Source: Macrostomum lignano (Eukaryota). From it: a DNA stretch of 64,000 nt. This document shows positions 39,157-53,096 of this stretch, piece after piece. The stretch is taken from assembly GCA_002269645.1 (NCBI GenBank), contig NIVC01000696.1, positions 186,001 to 250,000 of the forward strand. The letters are read 5' to 3'. The translations under genes and the position numbers were made by a program. The notes beneath the pieces are model-generated. The model was not told where the DNA came from and did no database searches. It saw nothing but the letters and a program-made list of their open reading frames with translations. Numbering within the stretch: the stretch's first letter is position 1; every line of letters begins with the position of its first letter.

Positions 39157-40991
39157 TTAGTCTGCCTAGGCCTATAAATTTATTAAAATGCTACACAGAA
39201 ATAAAATAGGCTTAGGCTTATCCTAAGTTAAAATTTTGCTATTATAGAGTAACAAAACTAATTTTGTTATTATTACTAGTATTGGTATAGTGGATGTTAA
39301 CAAGTAGGGGCCTAGGCCTATTTTAAAGGAGACATTTATTAATTGAAAAATAGATAAAAATAAAACCAGCGCTGCTTTACAATTTATGCACATTTCTTTA
39401 ACTTCAATAACCAACGAACACTATTATGCCTAGATGTATATTCGTGAGGGAGTCATTTAATCCTGTTACTTGCAATCATGAGTCATAAAAAGTAGTGCTC
39501 AGTCTAGACTCCAGATAGGCCTGAACCGTAGGCCGATCTAGATCTCAATGATCGAGCCCGCGCGATCGATCAGTGCGCTAAACATTGTTTTGGCTGTTTA
39601 AATTTTTATCTTATTATAACAACTGAAAGGTTGCGAGCTTAGACGTGACTTGTAAAATTTATAAGTAGTATTAAAGAAGTATTTTTTACTTTTAAAAAAA
39701 ACAGAGCTCGTCAAAATAAAGACTACTTTTTCCCGATAATACATATACTTGGGTCAATTTTAATCGCAACTTCAAATTAAGCAAATTTTCACCTCTTTAA
39801 ATTTCCCTGGATGCATGAGCCTCGACAGCTTAAACAATCAAAGTTATGACAAAATTGAAACACTACAAAGGATCATGTAATGTGACTCATTTCATTTCAA
39901 TCAAATTTCCAAATATAACTCCTTTCTGATCCTCCTTTTCGAATGTACGTAACAAGGATCATTATCGAATGTATTCGGCGTTCCTGACACAATATGGTTT
40001 ACTGAAAAAAATAATTAATTTTAGTTGGAATTATTCGCTTTTTGCTAAAGTCTGGTCTCTTTTAATGATTCCTTCGACTTCGAGCGGATATTTAAATTTG
40101 AGATATTTTCCAAGTCTAAGGGATCCTACTACTACGGTTTCCGTGTACTACCCTATCTACAGTTCATGTACTACACATTGCATGGCCCCTATATTACTTA
40201 CCTCTGCTCTGGCAATCATCTGGCAACTTATCCCAGCAGATTTCTTCGTTTTTGGCTATATATGATTTCATTTCATTTCACAGTTAAAAACAGGAAGATT
40301 AACTTCATTTAGCTTAACTAAGCTGAGCCAGAGCTCAGAGGTGATGACAACAAAAATACGGCTTACATGTTATATAAAGACACCTAGCTAAACATTCGTT
40401 CCAAATTTATTTTCTGTCGAAAGAAAAAATTATTATATGTGAATAAATACATTGATTTTGTGAAACACTACATTAAACTGTTAGATGCTTGTAAAACTAC
40501 GTACATAGCAATCGATCCTGAATGCTACAGTCCGAACTTTTATTGTTTGAACCAATCCTAAAATACACATGATCTTGTTCGTGGTGTTAAACAGTTATAA
40601 AATGAATTTAATCTTTTGAAATTTAAAATTCAGCTCGGACTGTTGCATCAGTTATGCTATGCCTTAATTCTATATTTCATCCCTCAATGTTTAAACGTCG
40701 ATGGTATTTTGAAATTTAAACGGAAAGATAGAATAGATGCATCATATAGTGCAGTAGAAAAAAAAAGATCACGACAATAAGGTCGGTCACGTACGGCACT
40801 ATTCGGCGGCACACAGGTTTTAGGAAAGGACCATTGCAGTATACTGCTAGAGGTCCTTAGTTTTAGGCTAGGGGGCAGGCATTTCGTACCATTAAAAGAA
40901 GTAAATTTAATTGAACATTTTCAAGTTGTTATAAATAGATGCAAGGGAAGAAACGATTGGATTTTTTTTTACAAAAACAACTCGCAATGTT

Positions 40992-41138
40992 CAGTGGCGC
41001 AACCAGGGGGGGGGGCGGTCGCCTAAGGCTTAAGGCGGAGACCGGAAAAAAATCAAAGGGGCCAAGCGAATTTTCACCAAAACAGAGCCACCTTCCAGAA
41101 TCCGCCCCCCCCTCAACAAATTTCTGGTTGCGCTACTG
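40992..41138. mobile_element. 147-bp hAT-type MITE
   Basis: TIRs CAGTGGCGCAACCAG / CTGGTTGCGCTACTG and a perfect 8-bp TSD GCAATGTT. Confidence 0.88.
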
Positions 41139-41720
41139 GCAATGTTTTCAATTTCCAAAACTGTGAGCCTTGCATCTAAGAGGGAAAGTAAAGAGTGCAT
41201 GTCAGAAGCAAAGCAGTAAAGCAGCAGATTTGGGCTCGGAATACTTGAAAATTGTGAGGCTTGCTAATTAAAGAAGCAAAAAAACGCAACCCAATTAAAG
41301 TAAAAAATCGAAAAACATAAAATGAGACTCGAGCTTCAATCGAATTATCTGAGGAAAATTCGACAGTTCAATCTCATCGACCGATAATTATGAATCGCAG
41401 AGCATTAAATCTCCCATCTTTAAAACCATCATACTATCTGAAAGACCAATCATCGTCAAAAAACAACAAAAATCTCTTACTCATCTTACGCAGACCTTGA
41501 ATTAGCTACTCCATAAAGGATTATATCTTTTCTTTTTTAATTAAACAAAATATGATCCTTTGTGACCTCATTAATTGGCTTAATTTTAAGGGTAATGAAA
41601 TTGTCCAAAAACTTACTGCAAAAATAACAAATTAAAACTGTGGTCCGAGCAGTCTACCGGACCTACTCTCACACGATGTTAGCTGTGCTACATGTACTCC
41701 TGTGATGAAGCTGTACTTCA

Positions 41721-43679
41721 TCACTGGAACGGCACCAAGCAGTACACTAAATCGGAGTTAAGCAGCCGGAATTCGGCTGGCGGGTTCGTGACAACTACCC
41801 GCTTCGTGGTCTGCGGCTCGCCCATATTGTAGCTGTCCCTGTACCGGTAGACACCGAAGCAGAGAATACCGTGCGATTTCAGAACGCCAGTGAACAGCTC
41901 GCCGTAGGTTAACTGGCCGTAGGGGCGCAGCCTGGCGTCCAACATCGACAGCTGCATGATGCGGCAACGGTTTCTGTTGGCCTCAATCTCTGGAGTAGCC
42001 TCCGTACCGTCCATGCTGAGGCCTTCCGCCATGAGCACCTCCATCTCTGGCGTTGCACCACCGGTCACCAGAGTTCGAATGAGGGTCATGGCGTTCATGT
42101 TGTAGAACACTGTGGACATGAGCGAATCCAGGACGTCAGTAGTGAACGCGTTGCCGCAGGCGTACGGCTGAGAGTTGTAGATTTCCTCCTCGTCCGAGTC
42201 GTTGTCGTCTTGGTCTAAGAATTGGATGTTTTTTCCCACGAAAATTTCGGTGAGAATCGGCACGGCGACCTTGGACATCATGGATTTCGCCTGGGCGTCC
42301 TTGCTCTGAAATGCCTGCATCTGGGCTTGAACGCTTGTATCCAGTTCGTCGGCAAATGACATCGCCTTAATGTTGAGAGTGCACAGCACGACCTCCTTGT
42401 CCATTAGGTAGGGATCCATTTGCTCTTTCCACTTGGACTTGGCGCTCATAATGACGCACATGTCGCAAAGGTTGATCTTGGCGCTGCGCAGGATGACGCG
42501 GTTCATGGGCGAGCCGGGGAACATGTACAACTTCGGGAAGTTCTTTAACGACTGCCACTCTTTCTGTAAGAACTCCAAATTTCCAATAAACACAATAGGT
42601 TTCAGCTCTCTCAGATGAAAGTTGCTGGCCTCAGCGGCATGACAAAACTGCGTAGACCGATGAGGTGCGAGTCGCTGTCCGCAAACACAATCACTATGTA
42701 GTGCTCGCGCAGATTCAGCCGAGCAGCACTACCGGGTTTCAGCATTACATCCTCGAAGTTCCGTTCGGGACACCAATGAAACATGCCTGTTAGGTCGAAG
42801 TATTCAGTCGACTGCTTGCTTGGGTCGTCGCCGGAGTACTCGCCGTACCGCTGCTGCTCGTCAGCCCCAAACTCCGTCTCTTGCACCGCGGCCAGCACCT
42901 TCTTCCGTGAGGCAACCTGAATTTCGGGTCGGCGAACATTTGCGCTGTTGCCTCTCAGACGTGTCACCTCATGCGCACCGTCGTGACCCGGCGATTCCGG
43001 GCCGCTGACCTCCGTCTGGCAGCTGCATTTCCGAATTTGGCGGGGATCGGCCAAGTCCCGGTGGCACCTGTTGCAGTACAGGTAGGCCCTTCGAACCTCC
43101 TCTTGAGAGTCAGCAACAAAAAATCCATGACAGCCGTTGTAAATAATGGCGGATCTGCCTGGGGGGTTGATTGAAAGGAAGCGGTCTCCTTCGCTGTTCT
43201 TGGCTTCGATGGCGAATAGAATCACCCGCAGCTTGTTGTAGCAGAGCATCACCGCCTCCTGGAAGGTCATTCCCACGAAGGAGTCGCTAAAGTACTCGGA
43301 GTAAATCTCCATGGCGCTGCCATCCTGATAGTCCTTCTCCCAGCTGCCAATAAGATGCGAGTCGCTCATGGCCCTCGTGGAAAACAGGTTTGCCATCAGG
43401 GTTGAGAAGCCCGGCGCGAGGCAGCTCTGAGCCAGGAAGCCCTGTTTCATTTCGGCCACGCAGAGACATTCGTCACCAAGCCGCCAATCCCAGTTGGGAA
43501 TGTTCAGCAGATAGCCTTTGTTGTGATACTGCAGCAGCTGAATGATGCATCGAGTCTTCGGGGATACATTCTTGATAGAGATCACCCGCATGATGTTGGA
43601 TGCGTCCTCGGCATCTGGGTCCTCGTCGTACTTGTTGCACAGGATGATGGCGGCCGCTGAGGACTCCAGACAGACTCGC
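41721..43679 (-). CDS. slo1: Slo1/BK-type Ca2+-activated K+ channel, exon 3 (RCK1-RCK2), with a 1-bp frameshift at about 42630
   Basis: ccaactccag|G CGA; EDASNIMRVISIKN, LAQSCLAPGFST, FVMPLR-ASNFHLRELKPIVFIG, Ca-bowl QFLDQDDNDSDEEE, QPYACG, ALTLIRTLVTGG-like segment. The two ORFs overlap at CTGAGGCCAGC (one G missing). Confidence 0.9.
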
Positions 43680-43916
43680 CTGGAGTTGGGTGAAAAACGA
43701 AAATACTGATCAAAGTGATAAACGCTGGAAATGGCTGGATTCGTCTGCGGTTGGAATTCAGCGCGGAAAAGGTTCAATGGATAGGCTAAGTCAATTAGAA
43801 GCATATCTAGGCACCAGATTTAAGACGTGAGCCATATAGTGATCCCAAGTAGATACAGACTGATCACAGGAAACCAAGCAAAAATGCACAGAATCATCAA
43901 GCTATCCCGAACTCAC

Positions 43917-44341
43917 TGACAATCTGTCGGATTGAGCACGCTACCAATAAAGTAGACTAGATGACCGAAGTTCCTCTTCAACAGGGACTGAAACTCCAAG
44001 CTGGGCGCCTTCTTATTGATGCAGACAACTTCAACATCAGTGTCTTCTCGGTCCTCGTGCAGGAAATCCTCCAGGAAGCTCTCAATGGACTCCTTGGTCA
44101 CGGCTCCGCAGACAACCACGTGACGCCTGCCGTGCTCCTTCTTGTAACGGCCGGCATAGGGACTTCGACTGGTGATGATCTCGGCAATCTCGGGGATGAA
44201 GGAGGCGAATATGCCCAGGGCCACCATTATGTAGAAAGAGATGAAGAATTTCCCCCAGTCAGTTTTTGGCGAATAGTCTCCGAATCCGACCGTGCTCATT
44301 GTGACGATAGTAAAGTACATGCAGTTTCCGAATGTGATTCC
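43917..44341 (-). CDS. slo1: Slo1/BK-type channel, exon 2 (pore, S6, start of RCK1)
   Basis: catttcag|GGA; YFTIVTMSTVGFGD, FASFIPEIAEI, DFLHEDRED, GSVLNP; donor CA|GTGAGT. Confidence 0.92.
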
Positions 44342-45454
44342 CTGAAATGTTCGACACAAAGCGATTCTATAAGAGATCGTCTACTGGAAGAGTAGCAAGG
44401 AAAGGACTTGAAGCGAATCGGTTAAAGTGTGAGAAGAAAGGGTTGCGCACTAATAGCTAATTAGAACATCGAACGTGTGTCCACAGGTGAGGTCCTGGAT
44501 CAGCGGAAACCCAGGAACCGGTACTGGCCTGCAATCACTTTTGGACGCAGAAGTTTGCAGTTTTGATTTGAGTTTTGTTTAAGATTTTTGCACTTTTTAT
44601 TGAACCTTTGTCCGTCAATCTAAGGTTTCTTGATAGTTGCGCCATTGAATAATTGTTCACATATTTTTATTGCACTATTTACTTCTAGTTCTAGTAGCTA
44701 GGCTTCATCCGATAGAAGAATAACAAAAAGCAGACTCAGACCGCAGCAGGGTTGCCAAGCTATGCGCAGTCCAAGTGGTCTTTTGAGACCCAAATGAATA
44801 AATTATCCGGCCCTCCCTGCAGCCAATCTTCCTGGGGATTTCATTAAAAAGTTTAATTGCCCAATACATGCGGGACGCATGCTCTTGAGAACCTACACTG
44901 ATTGTGCCCTGGAACAATGACTTGAGAAATCCTACCGATCCTAATTCCTTAATTAATATTTCTAAAGATCTCGTTAAAAGATGCTAGCTTCATTTTCATT
45001 GCTTTTGTAACTCAGGCTATGACTCTGATACGCTTTTCCACTCTCACTCACGCCAGCTCATGTACTATACTTTTATGAGTACTAAACCCTGCTGTGAAGC
45101 TATACACTGAGCTCACGCTCTGCAGGCTCAAGGACATGCATTTAATTATGGACTTCACTTTTCTTTGTAGCTTTTTTTTCATTTAGAGCAGTCAGGTTTT
45201 TGGACAGTATGATATGCACAAATTTTCCTGAACATTTAGTATTTCTGTTTCTGATCTCCCAGGGGACCGCTAAAATATTCATCCCTGACAGCTTTTAGCT
45301 CAAGAAGACATATTTTGAGCCTCAAGAATTAATTTGCATATGTTTTTGCTTGCACTGTACGCCATCAGTTCAATGTGAAAAACGTTGAAAAATACAGAAA
45401 AACAGTTTGGCAGTCTGACGTCATAATTGACCAATATAATTATATTAAGGTTAA

Positions 45455-45701
45455 CTCACAACCAGCGGTGAGGTCATTCTGCTCATTCCGCTGACTCACT
45501 CGTACACACGCTCACACGGGGTGCACAGCGGCCCTGACTTTCAACTCATCAGCCATGTACACTCTCTGTGCCCTGGGGATTGGCCCCCCCAATGGCTGTG
45601 GAGCGCATGACAAGCCCCACATGAACGCGTTTGCGCACGGAATCGAACCAGGGATCGTAACGCGAGATTCAGACGCGCTTTGTCGCTGAGCTGTTCCACC
45701 C
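45455..45701 (-). mobile_element. tRNA-headed SINE, copy 2 (Slo intron 1)
   Basis: Head GGGTGGAACAGCTCAGCG...GGTTCGATTCC; core agccatgtacactctctgtgccc; tail gctcattccgctgactc. Confidence 0.7.
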
Positions 45702-45812
45702 ATCAAAGTAAGAAATTTGATGTTAGAATATTTCGAAAATGGAAGCCACGACGCCTCATACACAGACTATTATGGATCCAGAAAAGCAATTCAAGGCTAA
45801 TTCCGGACTCAC

Positions 45813-46619
45813 GTTGACATTCGAGTATTCGTACTGCGGATCACCGGAGTTCTCGCACAGATGCGTGATGCCGGCCCCGATGACCCACACGCTCAGGAAA
45901 GTGGTGACCATCTGGAAGAAGCGGATCACCGTGCCGGACTTCAGCACGCTCAGGTACTGCAGCACGTCGGGCAGGGTCATGATGCGAAGGCAGCGAATGA
46001 ATCGCAGGCCCAGCCAAGACTGGTTCAGGTAGATGTTAACGAAGGCGGGCGGCACTGTGCAGTAGTCCACGATGGAGTAGATCTCCAGCCAGAACCAGAG
46101 CTTGTCCTGGGCGGCCAGAAATCGGATGCAGAAATAGATTAAAAAGACAATATTGAAGGCCAGGTCCACCTGGTTGAGCACGCTCTGAGACCAAGGGACG
46201 CAGTTCTCTACAAAGCCGACTAGAAAGGTGGCCTCGTAGATGTAGATGCCGAGAGACGACACGCTCAGGCTGAAGATGAGCACAACCAGAATTCTGCCAG
46301 TAATGCTCTGCGCACTGATAAGCTCGTTGGCCCATTCCTTCACCTCGGCTGTCCAGTCGATTCGGTCGCCTTCGATAGTCTGGCCGTTGCCCTTGGCAAC
46401 CATTGCCGCGTCCTTGCCGATCTCAGTGCTGCCGCCCTGACTGCTCCGGCGAATTCGCTTGACCAGCCATCCGACCAGGCGGACAAGCAGGACCAGCAGC
46501 AGGCCGCCGATGAAGGCGATCGCCGTGGACGCCAGGTGAATGTACCACAGGCGGGTGGAGCAGGCTGCTACCACTCCGGATGTCGTGCTTCCGGCAGTTG
46601 AAGCAGGAGTTGTCGCCAT
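45813..46619 (-). CDS. slo1: Slo1/BK-type channel, exon 1 (S0-S5)
   Basis: S0 LASTAIAFIGGLLLVL, EVKEWANELISAQSITGRILVVL, S4 WLGLRFIRCLR, ENSGDP; donor AAC|GTGAGT. Confidence 0.92.
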
Positions 46620-47373
46620 CTCTACCTGCTAGCTGTGCTCTCTCGGCGTGCTGCGCTCTCCAGCCAAGTCAGGGCTCGCTTTCTTCTCGGGGAAATACGG
46701 TATGGGATAATAGGAGGGCTAAGAAAAAATTTTATGCAGCAGGCAGCGGAGAATCAAGAGGGAGGGGGCTGCCAGGAGGGCCGGTCGCCAAGGGTGCCGG
46801 CGCAATTTAAATACGTCTCTGGGCGCACTCAGCTGTCTCATCCCAGAGTGGCAGCCAATAGCAGAATGCGGCTAGGGGACGAGAAGAGATAGAGGAAATA
46901 CGCGGAAAGGTGGGCGAAGGCCGGGGCTGAGCAGTAAAAAGAGAGTGACGGGTGGGAGAGGAGAGAAAGGGTGGGGCCGCGTGTGAGGCTGTTTTCCCAG
47001 TTTTCTCAGGTGACCTCAATCTTAGAGAGAAATTCACATGAAGAAGCGAGAGAGAAGCATTAAAGGCTTACTTCCAGTTGCTTTCTCCCATTGCGTGCAC
47101 AGCTCTGCATTTTATTCAGAATGTAGGCAGCGCGTACGCAGGACCTGTGCGTTCTTTTCGATCACTGTGGAAGATCTCAACAAGTTAAAATTATAAACCT
47201 AGCCAATGAGGCTAGTTGCGCGAGAACGCACCTGTTTAATCAATATTTATCGAAAAAATTTTACTTCTAAGAAGTACTTTAATGCTTTTTGTAGTATCAG
47301 ATACATGTGTTTTAAAAGTACTTACTAAGACTATCAACGAGGCAGTTTGGTAGACGCAAGGAGGCACTTTTAC

Positions 47374-47927
<554 letters not shown>

Positions 47928-50900
47928 GAAATTTAAGGTTTGCATTTTAGATGCAATTTAAGAGCTCTAAGAGCTCTTAAAGAGCAACAATAGTGTTCGC
48001 GCCAAAACTGATAGAACTCTTTACAGCGCTCGCCAGTGCGAATATACAAGTGTCATTCCCTGACTGTCAAACTTTCCAGAAAAACCAATTCGACTGTTGA
48101 ATGCTGAGGCGGAACTTGCAATGGTGTGGGTGGGTGAGTCGCAGTGCTGGCTGCTGAATCGGCAAACTGGGGAGCGGGGGGTTACCGCGCGCTGCCGGCC
48201 TTGGATACGGGGAAGACATGGGCTGGGATGCTCAAAGGATGGATGGGCTGGAGGGCAGGAGCGGTAGAAAGTCTGAGGCCTGCCATTGTGCCTCCCCTCA
48301 GCCTACGTGTCCGGAAATTTGGAGAGGCAGTTTGGGGGGGGGGGCAGCAGCCCTCAGCCAGCAGTTGCATTTCAGGGCAGGAGCGGCTTGATCTGGGGAT
48401 AAATGAGATAACACAACCCCCATGTGCAGTTGCTGAGCTCAGGAAAAATAACAAAGCGGCTTAAGATACGCAGCAGGCATTCCTAAAATTTACCTCATGC
48501 CGGTGTAAGCCGCCTCTCATTCTCTAACAGCTGCAGTACATTGTTGTGCCGCCAGAATGAGCATAGGCGCAAAGTGCTCTCAGCTGCAGCAGCAACAGCT
48601 TGGAGGCTGCATGGCTACAAGCCTCTATACTTACCGGTTTTTCCGGTTAATACGAGTAGGCAGAATCCCGCAGAGATCCTTCTCTCGTCTCCACCTGAAT
48701 AGCCCGGGGACATCTCTAGCCAAGAAGAAGAGCCATCCTAATTGCTAGCCTCATCCTGAGCTTTGAAGCCCCCGATCATCTGAAGACGCTGCCTCCCTGC
48801 GTCTGTCCTGAGGTGAATTCTCGTTAATTTTTGCTCGCAGGGCTGCATCCGATCCTAAATCCTGTATAAGTGTGTAGCCCTTCGTTGCCGAGGTCCTACA
48901 TGTAGGCCTCATTCAATTATAAAGTCTTCACGGGCTCGACTGTCTTGTCGCGGTGTTTCAACCCCATCAAGTGCAAGAGCTTATGCACTGTTGTGTTTTT
49001 TTAAAAGTGCATTATCTGTTCAAAGCTCAGGAGTCGAATTTTCTGGAATCAATTAAATAATTCGAAGAATTTTGAGCTAATAGTCAAGGAAAACAAGAAT
49101 TTTCTATTTTATCAAACTGTAAAAATATGGAAAAATTATTCGAAAGCTTATTTTTGCTGAAAAATGCGTTAGTGAGATAGAAACTTCTCCTATGTAGGAA
49201 CTTTTGAATCGAAAATATGACGACTTCTTAGCATGAAATTTTCGATGCCTGCATATTTGCGTTTGATAGTTTAAGTTCATTTGTATCAAACTGGTTTTTC
49301 TCCTCAGACAATCTCGGGAAAGTAGTGATATTCCTGAAGTATAAGGTCAATAAACTCACGAAGCCGACGTGAACCAAACACATGCTACATGTAGCTAGCT
49401 ACTCGCGTCGTTTGTAGTATCTAATGGCAAAATATAAGAAAGCACCTTGTTAAGTGCCTGCAATGTATATTCTAGCTCGCTAATGGATATTTAATCGTAA
49501 TTCGGCCTTCAAAAATTTTTTTTTCCATAGAACCAGAGTGTTGATCAAAGCTATAGTAACAGGTACGAGTTAGTGAACTGAGTCCTCTATGGCTTATGTA
49601 CACAGGCACTATAAGCTACTAGAGTGGCCTACTTTAGAAACAAAAGCAATTTAGTTTACAGTGTTAAGTCAACGCTCGGTAACACAGTTAACTTCCAAAC
49701 AGCCATGCCAGCCAAGGCAATCGATTTGCAAGTAGCTACGGCCTTGACCGTCTCAGCAAGTTCTCTGCTAGTTATTTTGATCAAAAAAGTTCTCCCCTTG
49801 GACTCCACATTCTCCACAGCAATCCCCCCTGCTGCTGCAGCCCTCCACTGCCGCAGTATAGTAAGAGCCCATATAGTAGCACAAGCAACTCCCAGCCTCG
49901 CTCTTCTGTTCAACTCTCTCCCCCCTCTCTCTGTACCTCTCTCACTCTTGCATGACAGCGTCGCGAAAACAATGAACCCTGAATTCTGCCCCGCATCTTC
50001 TAGCATTTTTCTCTCCCCAAATCCGCCTAGCTCCTCCTGAGTCTGGGGCGCCCCCCACCCAGCTCACAACTCTCACCGGCTTCCACCTGCTAAGTCGCCA
50101 ATCCCGCGGTTGCCTAGGCAGCAACAAGCGGCGCGCTTCACCACTCTGGCATGAAGTTTTTATGAGGACGGGCAGGCAGCAGGTGATGAGATTAGAAAGG
50201 ACTGGGCGCTGACTGCATGCCCTGCTCATTAGAATTTCAGAAAACGAAATCTTGCGAAAGGCTCAGATAATAGTGCGGATATATAGTTTATTTAAGATAT
50301 ATATATACATAGATGCGCGTCCACTTTATCTTAAAGCAGTTGTCAAAGAAAACTATATAAAGTATCTAAAATAACATAATTAACCCGGTGAGGTTAATAT
50401 CATAATTTATATACAGGTACGATATGCAGTATTGAGTACCTATCGCTGCATTACAGAATTTACTTAAAATGCATCAATTGGAAATAATTTTCGTTATTTT
50501 TTAGTTTAAATGTAAATCATATTTGTATACTATTAAACATTTTGTATCTGATAAAGCAATGATATAGCAAGTGGTGTTCGATATGTCGTGTAGTAGGTCC
50601 TTTGGACATACATGTACATGAACTGGGTCAAATAGAGTTGTTGAGCAAACATACATGTACATTCTGTGTTTTAATTTAGTCAAATTTATTAGGAAATTGA
50701 AAAAAAATATTCCTATCGGAGCTGTGTTTTGAAGGAATAAACTATCTCTGCAAAGCGAAACGAATTTGGACGGGTTTGGAAGAAGAGTTGTTAGTACTCC
50801 AGATATCTCATTTTAGGTCTTTGACATCCATTGATTTCTCAACGTTAACACCGCCATGCATCTACAATTTTAGTAGGATAGTGTAGAAAATAATTATTCC

Positions 50901-51985
50901 TTAGGATTTCTTGACAAAAAAACTCCGAAGGTTGCATAAACTTATACTTTTCGCGTTCAAGGCTAGAAGCCGAACTACAATCAATTCGAGAGATGGGTTT
51001 TTCGATGATTCTACATGAGTTACTCGTACACTCATTGCATGCCGATCCAAGTCGATCGGCATCCAAAGTGCCGCTCTGGTGCATTGCAATTCCATTCTAG
51101 GGACAACTAAAACTACTTAGTTTAAGTAAACTTAATTAGTTTAAGTTTTCCCTGTTCCATTCTCAAGCCTTAAGTTGACATAAGATCCTTATTATCCATA
51201 ACTTCCTACTGTGGGTCTATTTGAGACATTTAAGAGGTTGGATTTTCGATGATTCCACAACTATTACCGGTACAATAGGGATCCGACAGCGAAACCTGCG
51301 CGCCAGCTTAATTGGTGCACCGCTAATTCATTTCGGGACAAGGAGCCTTTTCACGGCAATCGATTCTCGAACCAGAAATGTAAATGCATTCGTTTGTTGA
51401 ATGTTTGACTGCCTTAACAGCCTCACTTTTCACAATTTTTCACTTTCTTCTTGGCTATTGCCATTCAATAATCACAATTTTAAAGCACTAATATCCCTCT
51501 AGTTTAGGAGACAAAAAGTTATACCTAAAAAAATGGTTCTGGTTCTAGAACCAGAACAAGCAATATGAAGATTGAAGAGCCTCAAAATTGACATCACCTT
51601 TTTATATGTCTTGTGTCGAAGTCTGAGGTCTTCATTAATAACTGTTTATTAGAATTTTTGTACTGTTTTTAGTGAAAATCAGGGCTAATATATGTAATTT
51701 TGTTCATTTGTTTTATTGTGCAAAGCGCGTTACATTAAATTTTTAAATTAATTTAAATTCGTGGCTTTAAATTAAATAATAATCATCCCGGCCGGGAGTT
51801 TAGCTCGTATTATTTGCATGTAGTTAGATATTAAAGTTTTTTTCCTTTTCACACTCAGCTCAGGCCAGCCCTCATTTTTGGGCTATCCATATGAAATTCA
51901 GTTATTTGTACTCTTTAGTTTTGTGAAAAAAAATCTGGCATATTATAATCAAGTAGGGCCTATTCCAAGAAATAACGATTGTGTC

Positions 51986-52141
51986 ATGAAAACATTGTTT
52001 CAAAACATTATTCGAACTGCTCTGGTCAGTGCATATGTGCTGGTTTTATATTACAATTTTACATATGTAAGATTTCCTTCACGCAAAAACCCTTCCAAAA
52101 ATTTTGGTGGAAAGTATGAATACCTTACTGTGCTTAATCTG
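51986..52141 (+). CDS. AIG1/ADTRP (FAR-17a) family membrane hydrolase, exon 1
   Basis: FGGKYEYLTVLNL carries the family motif with catalytic Thr; donor CTG|GTGAGT. Confidence 0.85.
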
Positions 52142-53046
52142 GTGAGTTTTTTAAACATTATCTATGATTTTATATAAACTCAATATAAAAAAATGGTCAG
52201 AAATAACATCCTGATATTTATTGCTTAGCCTTTTATACTAGCTAATGTTAATAGAAATATTATAGGTTATCGATGCAAGCCAAGGCCTAGTAGGGCCTAA
52301 ACTTTATGTATGCTATGATCAATTTTCTTAAAAGCCTTTTTGATGTTTAATCAATAAGAAAAATGTTTCTTTTTTATTATTAAAATAACATTGATTAATG
52401 TTAATAAGCAATCTATAAATAATATCTTATCTCAAGATAGGTCTTATACTATTGAATTTAATTTTGAGCATTATGATTTTAGTGTTGTGATAAAAGAAAA
52501 GTTATTGGTATAATGCATAGGCTTATTAAATGTCTATTAATATTTAAAGCTCATTTGAAGCTTAAAAAATTCAGTCTAAAAATAAAATAGACCTAGCTTT
52601 AGATTTTAAATAATCAAGCAATGAATATCTAGCATTTTTAAAAAAGTAACTTAATACATTTATATTAAGTTTATTTAATTTGTCTATATTTTGCCTTGTC
52701 AATAGATTAGAAAACTATTTTCAATAAAGATTTTTATTATAGATATTTTAGATAGTAAATCCAATTTTTATTTTAATGGAGGCTATTTTGGACTTCTTCA
52801 AGTTTATGTCAAAAATTAGTTGCAACTAGTAATCAGCGCCCCCTGTTGGGAAGCCAAAAAATGTAGTACAAGTTTTTTTTAATAAACTACATGTAAGTGT
52901 CTCTTTGCATTATACCTCAGCAACCCCTTGCAAGCCTTGACATGTCAGCAATTCCCCCCCCCACAAGCCTTAGCATATTAATTCCCCCCTTGACATCTCA
53001 GCAATGCCCCCATAAGCCTTGAAATCTTAAAAAATCTATCAACCTT

Positions 53047-53096
53047 CTAACCCTAACCCTAGCCTAACCCTAACCCTAGCCCTAACCCTAACCCTA
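53047..53096. repeat. Short interstitial telomere-like (CCCTAA)n tract with CCCTAG variants
   Basis: About 8 units; lies in the first of roughly three degenerate ~420-bp tandem units (taaactaca at about 52885, 53308, 53712). Confidence 0.7.

Noticed and set aside
48144-50229. Several 90-140-aa ORFs in moderately GC-rich patches upstream of Slo
   Set aside because: No recognisable domains or consistent splice pattern; may be UTR/promoter DNA or decayed repeats.
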